A stretch of DNA of 64,000 nucleotides, taken from the NCBI GenBank assembly GCA_022705325.1, contig JAKJER010000003.1, forward strand, positions 181,419 to 245,418, written 5' to 3'. This document shows, one piece after another, positions 12,544 through 19,814 of the stretch (position 1 is the first letter of the stretch; each line of letters starts with the position of its first letter). The position numbers and the translations under genes were made by a program. The notes beneath the pieces are model-generated. The model searched no databases. It had not been told where the DNA came from and worked only from the letters and a program-made list of their open reading frames with translations. Source of the stretch: Planctomycetota bacterium (GTDB lineage: Bacteria > Planctomycetota > Phycisphaerae > SM23-33).

Positions 12544-13311
12544 TTAGCTCTTGAGGGCCCCGTCCGCCGGCGGCTCGGCCACCGGGAAGACGCCGTTGAA
12601 CATGCGGAACTCGGCCATCACCTGTTCAAGGGTCAGCCCATACTCCGCCAGCACGTCCTTGGCGGCGTTCTTGTTGAAGTCGGTGATCAGGCCCCGGCAG
12701 GCGTAGCACCGCCCGCCGTACGACGGGCACCAGGCGTTGCAGCCGGCCTTGGCGACCACGCCCATGCAGTACTCGCCCTTCTGGAAGAGGCAGACGTTCT
12801 CGCGCAGCTTGCACTCCACGCAGACCGGGTAGTCCGGGATCTGCGGGGTCCGCCCGGCCAGCACGCTCTTGACGACTTCCAGGAACTCCTGCTTGGGGAT
12901 GGGGCAGCCGTTGATCTTGACGTCGACCTTGATGGCGGCCTCGATGGGCAGGGCCGGGCTGGTCTCGTACCAGGAGGCGGCCTCGCCGTAGACCTTCTTC
13001 ATGGACTCGTCGATGCCTCGGAAGTTCTTGAGGACGTTGAGCCCGCCGGTGCAGGCGCAGGCGCCCAGGGCGACGACGATCTTGGCGCACTTGCGGATGT
13101 GCTCGAGGCGCTTGCGATCGCTCTCGCGGGTGAAGGCGCCCTCGATGAAGGCGATGTCATACTCGTCGCTCTTCTCGTCAATGGCCTCACGGAAGTTGAC
13201 GATGTCCACCGCGCCGACGATGCCCAGCAACTCGTCCTCGCAGTTGAGGACCTGGAGCTGGCAGCCTTCGCAGCTCGTGAAGTCGTGAAACGATACTCTC
13301 GGTTTTGCCAT
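12544..13311 (-). CDS. hydD: [NiFe]-hydrogenase small (delta) subunit, group 3b
   Basis: ATG at 13311 (MAKPRVSFHDFTSCEGCQ). Cys ligands for proximal/medial/distal FeS clusters (CEGC, GACACTGG, GCPIPK, CxxC...C). About 255 aa. The ORF-track start at 13422 is an upstream extension. Confidence 0.8.
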   Translation of the reverse strand: MAKPRVSFHDFTSCEGCQLQVLNCEDELLGIVGAVDIVNFREAIDEKSDEYDIAFIEGAFTRESDRKRLEHIRKCAKIVVALGACACTGGLNVLKNFRGIDESMKKVYGEAASWYETSPALPIEAAIKVDVKINGCPIPKQEFLEVVKSVLAGRTPQIPDYPVCVECKLRENVCLFQKGEYCMGVVAKAGCNAWCPSYGGRCYACRGLITDFNKNAAKDVLAEYGLTLEQVMAEFRMFNGVFPVAEPPADGALKS

Positions 13312-13313
13312 AG

Positions 13314-14162
13314 TTAGATTCCTTCTCGAAGCCGCATGACCTCGGCGTAGTTGAAAATGGGCCCTTCCTGGCAGACGTAGACGTTGCGGATCTGGCAGTG
13401 CCCGCACTTGCCCAGCCCGCACTTCATCCGGCGCTCCAGGGAGCAGTAGATGCTGGTCTTTCGCAGACCCATCGCCAGGGCCTCCAGGACCGCGAACTTG
13501 AACATGATGGGCGGGCCGATGATGAAGGCGGCCGTGTTGGCCGGGTCCACCTTGGGCATCTTGCGGAACAGGGTGGTGATCACGCCCGTGTTGCCCTTCC
13601 AGTTCTCGTCGCCGCGGTCGACGGTCATCAGGAAGGTGGAGTCCTTACGCTGGGCCCAGGCTTCCAGGTCCTTGGTGAACAGCAGGTCCGCCGGCGTGCG
13701 GGCGCCGTAGAGGATAGTGACGTTGCGGAACTTCTCACGGTGGTTCAGGGCGTCCAGAATGAAGCTGCGGCAGGGCGCCAAACCAAGACCGCCGGCCACG
13801 AACAGCAGGTCCTTGCCGGCCACCTTGTCCATGTCAAAACCGTTTCCGAACGCGCCTCGCAGGCCGACCGTCTGCCCGACCTGCAGCGTGTGCAGGGCGT
13901 TGGTGACGTCGCCGACCGCCCGGATGCACATTTCCAGGTCGCCGCGCTTGCCCGGGGCCGAGCAGATCGAAATGGGCGCCTCGCCCACGCCGAACACGCT
14001 GACTTCCATGAACTGGCCGGCGGCGTACTGAATGCCCTGGCCGTCGGCAAACTCGAAGCGGAACCAGGCTTCCTTGGGGGTGAACTTGCAGGCCTCGGCA
14101 ACCGTGGCCACACGGGGCAGGTACGGAGAGGCCGACGCTGGATTGCTCATTGTCATCGTCAT
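13314..14162 (-). CDS. hydG: Hydrogenase gamma subunit: FAD/NAD(P)-binding ferredoxin-reductase-like protein with C-terminal [2Fe-2S] (PyrK-like)
   Basis: FNR-like fold motifs (GQFMEVSVFGVGEAPISICS, LLFVAGGLGLAP) and C-terminal CGLGKCGHCQ cluster motif. 282 aa, position 2 of the operon. Confidence 0.8.
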   Translation of the reverse strand: MTMTMSNPASASPYLPRVATVAEACKFTPKEAWFRFEFADGQGIQYAAGQFMEVSVFGVGEAPISICSAPGKRGDLEMCIRAVGDVTNALHTLQVGQTVGLRGAFGNGFDMDKVAGKDLLFVAGGLGLAPCRSFILDALNHREKFRNVTILYGARTPADLLFTKDLEAWAQRKDSTFLMTVDRGDENWKGNTGVITTLFRKMPKVDPANTAAFIIGPPIMFKFAVLEALAMGLRKTSIYCSLERRMKCGLGKCGHCQIRNVYVCQEGPIFNYAEVMRLREGI

Positions 14163-14180
14163 GAATTTCCCTTTCTGGGC

Positions 14181-15275
14181 TTAGATCTCCGCCGCTGCCT
14201 CATCGGCGATCTGCTGGAAGGTCTCGAGAATGGAGATGCCGGCCACGCAATGGGTCGAACACCGCCCGCAGCCGACGCAACCCGGCTTGCCCGTCCGCTC
14301 GAGGATGAACTTCCCCTTGCGGAAGACGCGGTGTCGCAGACGGCTGTCAGCGTGCTCGCGGAAGTTCTCGCCGCCGGCGACTTCGGCGAAAACGCGGAGT
14401 TGACAGGAATCCCAGCTTCGCACGCGCTCGCCGCTGGCGGCGTCCAGGCCCAGCTTGTCCTGCACGTCGAAGCAGTAGCAGGTCGGGCAGACGTTGGTGC
14501 AGCTTCCGCAGCTGAAGCAACGACGAGCGACGGCGTTCCACAGCAGCGAGTCGTAGCTGTTGGCCAGAAGCTCGGGCAGGTAACGGGCGTCGTAGGGCAG
14601 CCGCTTGGAGCAGGCCGCCGCCTTGGCCTTGTCGAAGGCGACCTTGGCGGCGTGATCGTCGCTCTTGGCGGGGCTGAAGCCGGCGCACTTGGTGATCATC
14701 GCCTGCCCGGCCTCGCTGCCGACTTCGACGAACCAGCGATCGCCCAGGTCGGTCAGGAACAGGTCCCAACCGGAAGCAGGCGCATCGAGCGTGTCCATGT
14801 CGGCCATGAACTGGTAGTCGTTGGCGTACTGGGCGACGTTCAGGCCGACGATCTTCGTGACGGCCCGCTTGGCCTGGTAGTACGGGTCGGCGGGGTCCTT
14901 GGCCATGGCGGCATCGAGGGTGGCGATGGCGTGGAGGTCCATCGGCTGCACGCCCAGGATGACGGTGGGCTTGGCCTGCACCTGGGGCTGGACATTCTCG
15001 GGCCCTCGCCCGCCGAAGCTCAACAGCGTCTCTCGCTGGGGCATCAGGAACTTCTTGGGCGGCAGGATGGACAGGTCGTAGTCCATGCGGATGGCGGCCT
15101 GGTCCTCGGGCGTCTGGACCTCCTGGAAGGCGAAGGCCGGCCCCTTGGCCATGGGCGCCACGACCCGGTTGTCGGCGCTCAGGCTGCCGACAAACTCATC
15201 AAACTTCGACTTTGGAAGTATCTGCGGAAGCATCTTGGGTCCTTTCTTTGCCCGCCTGCGGCGGGCGGCGTTCAC
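14181..15275 (-). CDS. hydB: Hydrogenase beta subunit (4Fe-4S cluster protein of sulfhydrogenase type). The likely true start is the ATG at about 15232 (MLPQILPKSKF), preceded by AAGGA. The track start at 15275 is a GTG-like upstream extension.
   Basis: Cys motifs CFSCGSCTNVCPTCYC and CVGCGRCSTHCVAG are typical of HydB/HyhB. About 350 aa from the ATG. It directly precedes hydG, hydD and hydA on the same strand. Confidence 0.75.
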   Translation of the reverse strand: MNAARRRRAKKGPKMLPQILPKSKFDEFVGSLSADNRVVAPMAKGPAFAFQEVQTPEDQAAIRMDYDLSILPPKKFLMPQRETLLSFGGRGPENVQPQVQAKPTVILGVQPMDLHAIATLDAAMAKDPADPYYQAKRAVTKIVGLNVAQYANDYQFMADMDTLDAPASGWDLFLTDLGDRWFVEVGSEAGQAMITKCAGFSPAKSDDHAAKVAFDKAKAAACSKRLPYDARYLPELLANSYDSLLWNAVARRCFSCGSCTNVCPTCYCFDVQDKLGLDAASGERVRSWDSCQLRVFAEVAGGENFREHADSRLRHRVFRKGKFILERTGKPGCVGCGRCSTHCVAGISILETFQQIADEAAAEI

Positions 15276-16725
15276 AAGACTCGGAATTCAAGCTCGCATT
15301 GCGATCAGTTGGGGGATGAGAATCGTCCGTGTCGCCCGCCGCAGTTTCGCCCGGTGCGCCCTGCACCTGGGCCAGCGGAAGAAGCACGGTTACGGTGGTG
15401 CCTTCTCCGTGCGTGCTGGACAGGCTTACGCGCCCGCCCAGCCGCTGGACCACCGTCTGCACGATGGGCAGACCCAGTCCGGTCCCGCCGGCCAACTGCC
15501 TGGCCTGGGGGGCGCGGTGGAACTCGTGGAACACCTGCTCCTGCTGGACGGGGGCGATGCCGATGCCGGTGTCAGCGACCACCAGTTCGGCCCGGTCCCC
15601 TGGCAGTCGCCTCAAGGTCACGTCCACCCGTCCGCCGGACAGGGTGTACTTGAGGGCATTGGACAGGAGGTTCTGGACCACCACCGCCAGGGCGTCGCTC
15701 CAGGCCTGTACGTACAGCGGCCCGTCCTCGGTGTGGACCGTGAGGGCGAGCCCCTTGTCGCGGGCCTGGGCCTTCAACGGGTCGACCGCCTCCGCCAGCA
15801 CCGACGCGAGGTCCACGCTCGACCGATTGCGGATCTCCACGCCGTTCTCGCGGACGGTGGACAGCAGCAGCATTTCGTCCATCTGCTCCACCAGTTCGCT
15901 CGCCCGGTCGCGGATGCGTCGGGCCAGGGCCGCCTGGCGGTCCGCCAGCGGGCTCACCGTCTCCATCGCGCCCAGCATGGAATGAATGGCCGCCACGTTG
16001 CCGCGAAGCTGGTGGCTGGAGAGCCTCAGGAAGCGGCTCTTGGTGCGGTCCAGCTCGGCCAGTTCCTCGTTGGCCCGGGTGAGCCGACGGTTGATGTTTC
16101 GCAGCCGTGACAGGATCGACCGGGTGAACCAGACGCTCAGCAGAAGCAACGCCCACCAGAAGGCCCCGGCCAGAAGAACCAGCGCGTTGTGGGCGACGGC
16201 CCCGGCGTGAGGCGAGCCCTGCCACTGCCCGGTCCAGAATGCCCCGCAGACCCACGCCCCGGCCAAACCGGCCTGAACGTAGGAGTCTCGCGAGGGCAGC
16301 AGGCTGGCCCCCACCGCGACGTGGAAGACCAGGATGGCGGCCAGGAACCATACGTCGGTGAAGGCGACCAGGAAGCCCAGCATGGCCAGATCCAGGGCCA
16401 TTTGGACGTTGGTTACGACGCGGACGAAGCGTCCGACCTGGGCCGGGTCGTGCCGCTCGCAGCGGCCGAGCACCCACCACATCAGGGCGCTGTGCAGGGC
16501 CATCAGGCCCGCCACCGTCAGCAGGGCTGCCGGGGTGGCCTGGGCGGCGTCCCAGGGGCGCACCGCCCGCACCCACACCGCGGCGGCGCCCAGCACCGCC
16601 AAGGCGCCCGCGTAGAACCAGCGCAGCACAACCAGCCACTGCACGCGGGCGACCAGGACGGCCACAAAGCTCGGCGTGAGCACCGGGTCGACGGGGCGGG
16701 AGGATGTCGCGGGGGCCTGGCTCAT
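15199..16725 (-). CDS. Sensor histidine kinase, with a polytopic membrane N-terminus and a HisKA plus HATPase_c C-terminus
   Basis: About 6-7 predicted TM helices in the N-terminal half. H-box LSSHQLRGNVAAIHSML, N-box NLLSNALKYT, G-boxes DTGIGI and GGTGLGL. Its 3' end overlaps the hydB start region. Confidence 0.8.
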   Translation of the reverse strand: MSQAPATSSRPVDPVLTPSFVAVLVARVQWLVVLRWFYAGALAVLGAAAVWVRAVRPWDAAQATPAALLTVAGLMALHSALMWWVLGRCERHDPAQVGRFVRVVTNVQMALDLAMLGFLVAFTDVWFLAAILVFHVAVGASLLPSRDSYVQAGLAGAWVCGAFWTGQWQGSPHAGAVAHNALVLLAGAFWWALLLLSVWFTRSILSRLRNINRRLTRANEELAELDRTKSRFLRLSSHQLRGNVAAIHSMLGAMETVSPLADRQAALARRIRDRASELVEQMDEMLLLSTVRENGVEIRNRSSVDLASVLAEAVDPLKAQARDKGLALTVHTEDGPLYVQAWSDALAVVVQNLLSNALKYTLSGGRVDVTLRRLPGDRAELVVADTGIGIAPVQQEQVFHEFHRAPQARQLAGGTGLGLPIVQTVVQRLGGRVSLSSTHGEGTTVTVLLPLAQVQGAPGETAAGDTDDSHPPTDRNASLNSESCERRPPQAGKERTQDASADTSKVEV

Positions 16726-16741
16726 GGACGATCGGGCAATC

Positions 16742-17125
16742 CTACTTCAGCACCGTCTGGATCTTCTTCTGGAGCTGGGCCATGTCCAGCGGCTTGCGAA
16801 GGAAGCCCTGAACGGGCAGGAAGTCGCCGGCCTTGTCCGGCTCGAGCACCTCGCCCGTCTTCTCCTCGATGCAGGTAATCATGAGGATGGGAACGTCCTT
16901 GGTCTGGGGGTTCTCGCGGATCTTGTAGGCCAGGTGGAAACCTTCGGTGTCGGTTTCCATCATCACGTCCAGCAGGATGAGGTCGACAGCCTGCTTGTCC
17001 AGCAGCGCCATGGCCTCGGCCCCGCTGCTGGCGCCGACCACTTCGTAGCCGGCGCCGCTGAGCATGATCTGCGTCGCGTCCCGCAGGTCGGGGTCATCGT
17101 CAACGATCAGGATCTTCTTCGCCAT
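16742..17125 (-). CDS. Stand-alone response-regulator receiver domain protein (CheY-like)
   Basis: MAKKILIVDDDPDLRD...DLILLDVMM...FLRKPL has the receiver-domain acid pocket (DD, D54-equivalent, K). 127 aa with no output domain. Confidence 0.85.
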   Translation of the reverse strand: MAKKILIVDDDPDLRDATQIMLSGAGYEVVGASSGAEAMALLDKQAVDLILLDVMMETDTEGFHLAYKIRENPQTKDVPILMITCIEEKTGEVLEPDKAGDFLPVQGFLRKPLDMAQLQKKIQTVLK

Positions 17126-17181
17126 TCAGGGACTCCTTCTCTGGTATTGGGACGGCCTTCGTAGCCGTCTTCCGTCTTGTC

Positions 17182-18201
17182 TTAACAGATCCGGGGCAAC
17201 TCCTCACCGTAAGGCATCTGCACGATCCGCCGACCACCGGCGGCGGTTGCCAATTCCACAATGGGACTCTCGCCGGCCGGGCCAATCGTCCCGATGACCG
17301 CCGCTCGCGAGCCGATCGCGTGTCGCCGCATCACGTCCACCGCGCGCCGGGCGGCGCCCTCGGCCACCACCGCCACCAGCTTGCCCTCGTTGGCTACCTG
17401 GAGCAGGTCCAGCCCGAGCATCTCGGCGGCCGAGCGGGCCGTCCGATGAGCGGGGATGGCCGACTCCTCGATCTCGATGTCCACGCCGCGCGACTCGGCG
17501 ATGTCCGCCAGCACGGCAGCCAGCCCGCTGCGGGTAGGGTCGCGCATGAAGCGGAGGTTCTCGCCCAACTCGTCCAGCAGGTCGCTCACCAGTTCGTGCA
17601 GCGGGGCGCAATCGCTGACCAGGTCGGCGGTAAAGCTCAGGCCTTTGCGCTGACTCATGACGGCCAGTCCGTGCTCGCCCAGCGGACCCGACAGGACGAC
17701 GCGATCGCCACTCTGGATGCGATCGAAACCCAGGCGGACGTCGGCGCCAATCAGGCCGACGCCGGAGGTATTGACGATGATCCCGTCGAGGGCGCTTCGC
17801 TCGACGACCTTGGTGTCGCCCGTGACGACGCGGATGCCGGCCTGGCGGGCCTGGCGCCCCGCGGAGTCCAGCACGCGCTGGAGCAGGTCGATCTCCAGAC
17901 CTTCCTGGAGGACCAGTCCCATGCTCAGGGCCAGCGGCTTGGCGCCGCAGACGGCCAGGTCGTTGATCGTGCCGCAGACAGCCAGCTTGCCGATGTCTCC
18001 GCCGGGAAACTCCAGCGGCTGGACGACGTACATGTCGGTCGTGAAGGCCAGCCGCCCGCCGCCGGTCTCCAGCACGGCGGCATCCGCCAGCGCGTGCGGA
18101 TCCTGGCCCCCGCCCAGCGCGGGCAGGATCACGTCGCGGATCAACTCGGCGGTCAGTTGACCTCCTCCGCCGTGTGCCAGTTGAATGCGGCTGGTATCCA
18201 C
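17182..18201 (-). CDS. hypE: Hydrogenase maturation factor HypE (AIR-synthase-related). Start is a GTG at 18201 that overlaps the hypD stop (TAGTG).
   Basis: N-terminal IQLAHGGGG and C-terminal ELPRIC (the HypE PRIC motif). AAGGA RBS 7 nt upstream of GTG. The 641-aa track ORF is an alternate-frame extension through hypD. Confidence 0.85.
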   Translation of the reverse strand: MDTSRIQLAHGGGGQLTAELIRDVILPALGGGQDPHALADAAVLETGGGRLAFTTDMYVVQPLEFPGGDIGKLAVCGTINDLAVCGAKPLALSMGLVLQEGLEIDLLQRVLDSAGRQARQAGIRVVTGDTKVVERSALDGIIVNTSGVGLIGADVRLGFDRIQSGDRVVLSGPLGEHGLAVMSQRKGLSFTADLVSDCAPLHELVSDLLDELGENLRFMRDPTRSGLAAVLADIAESRGVDIEIEESAIPAHRTARSAAEMLGLDLLQVANEGKLVAVVAEGAARRAVDVMRRHAIGSRAAVIGTIGPAGESPIVELATAAGGRRIVQMPYGEELPRIC

Positions 18202-19295
18202 TATCGTTTCCTTGCGGGCATTTCGTACTTGAAGGCGGCGGCGCAAGCCCCTTCCGACGAGACCATGCACGGCCCGACCGGATCCCGCACGGTGCATCGC
18301 CGGGCGAACAAGGGGCACTCGGACGGGTGCAACCGTCCGCAGATCACGTCGCCGCATCGACAGCCGGGCATCTCGTAGCTTTCTTCGGCCGGCAGATCGA
18401 AGCGGCGCTCGGCGTCGAACTCGGCCCATTCGTCGCGCAAAGCCATTCCGCTGGCGGGAATGACGCCCAGTGCCCTCCAAGGCGCGTCGACGATCTCGAA
18501 GACCTCGTCCAGCACCTCTCGGGCGCGGGCGTTGCCCTCGCGGGAGACGCTCGGATAGACCGTCATGGCCCGGGGCTCGCCGGCCGACAGCTCGTCCAGA
18601 ATCTCCAGCACGCCCAGTAGGACCTGCTGGGGATCGAAGCCCGCGACCACGCAAGGCCGGCCGTAGTCGCGGACGATCTGGTCGTAGGCCCCGTAGCCGA
18701 GGATCACGCTGACGTGACCCGGGCAGAGGAAGGCGTCGATCTTGACGTCGCCGCCGGCCAGCAGGGCATTCATGGCGGGCAGGACCCACTTGTGGGCGGT
18801 CAGGACGCTGAAATTCCGGAGCCCTTCCTGTCGCGCATCGCGCACCGCCAGGGCCGTCCCCGGGGCGGTGGTCTCGAAGCCCACGCCGAGGAACACCACC
18901 TCGTGATCGGCGTGTTGGCGGGCCAGATCCAGCGCCTGCTGAATGGAGTAGACGACCTCGACGCGGGCGCCGACGGCGCGGGCCTCGCTCAGCGAACCCT
19001 GGCGTCCCGGCACGCGGACCATGTCGCCGTAGGTGGCTACGATAATGTCGGGGCGGTTTCGGGCCAGGCCAACTGCGCGGTCGATGTAGGACTGGTCGGT
19101 GACGCAAACGGGGCAGCCGGGTCCGCTCACGAGTCGGATGTCGGCGGGTTGAAGTATCGTTCTCAGCCCCCCTCGCGCAATAGCCATGGTGTGGGTGCCG
19201 CAGACCTCCATGATCTGGACGCCACCCATGTCCCGCGCCAGCCGCAATGCGGAGGCGTGAATTTTTTCACAAATGTCTGTGCAACCCGTCGTCAT
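18201..19295 (-). CDS. hypD: Hydrogenase maturation factor HypD
   Basis: GGVQIMEVCGTHT, GPGCPVC and CPVCV motifs characteristic of HypD. 364 aa. Confidence 0.9.
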   Translation of the reverse strand: MTTGCTDICEKIHASALRLARDMGGVQIMEVCGTHTMAIARGGLRTILQPADIRLVSGPGCPVCVTDQSYIDRAVGLARNRPDIIVATYGDMVRVPGRQGSLSEARAVGARVEVVYSIQQALDLARQHADHEVVFLGVGFETTAPGTALAVRDARQEGLRNFSVLTAHKWVLPAMNALLAGGDVKIDAFLCPGHVSVILGYGAYDQIVRDYGRPCVVAGFDPQQVLLGVLEILDELSAGEPRAMTVYPSVSREGNARAREVLDEVFEIVDAPWRALGVIPASGMALRDEWAEFDAERRFDLPAEESYEMPGCRCGDVICGRLHPSECPLFARRCTVRDPVGPCMVSSEGACAAAFKYEMPARKR

Positions 19296-19432
19296 CGTCT
19301 CTGCGCCCTGGATTCTCTATCTCGGCGGTTGGCCTGCCCCCGCGGTTGCAGACGCCCACCCCGGCCAACGCCAACCCCCCGGCGTGATGCCGCTTGACCG
19401 TCCGTAGCCAAACACTTCTCTCCGCTGTCGCT

Positions 19433-19669
19433 TCACCCTGCCTCGCTCGTCGCGGCAGCATCCATCTGCCGCAGCAGGTCGTACGTAGCCAATGCATCCG
19501 CCTCGTCCAGCACCGTGATCGCATAGCCTGCGTGCACGAGCACCCAGTCGCCGATCTTGGCCTCCGGAACGAGCGTCAAAACAACATTCGTGCGGCTGCC
19601 GTCCAAGACGACCGTCGCACGATCATGCTCATTCATTGTCTCGATCTGGGCTGGAATGGCAAGGCACAT
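19433..19669 (-). CDS. hypC: Hydrogenase maturation chaperone HypC
   Basis: Begins MCLAIPAQI (the invariant MC(L/I)(A/G)(I/V)P N-terminus), about 78 aa, ATG at 19669. The ORF-track start at 19780 is an upstream extension. Confidence 0.85.
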   Translation of the reverse strand: MCLAIPAQIETMNEHDRATVVLDGSRTNVVLTLVPEAKIGDWVLVHAGYAITVLDEADALATYDLLRQMDAAATSEAG

Positions 19670-19814
19670 TTTGCGATTTTTTCCTCTCGACCGAATGCAA
19701 GTCGTCCTTTTGTACGTCATGGGACCGCCGAGGTCCACTGGATTTCCAGAAAAGCACCCCGCAGATCGGGCGTGCAGCATCTGTCCCCCCCCGTCCGCAC
19801 TGGAAGTTCGCCGA

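Noticed and set aside
17182-19107. 641-aa ORF spanning hypE and most of hypD
   Set aside because: Only the C-terminal 340 aa match HypE. The N-terminal part is an alternate frame through hypD, and the real hypE start is the GTG at 18201.
19267-19524. 85-aa minus ORF between hypD and hypC
   Set aside because: The sequence is Arg/Trp/Cys-rich with no motifs. It overlaps the hypC 3' end in another frame. The 137-nt hypC-hypD gap is more likely untranslated.
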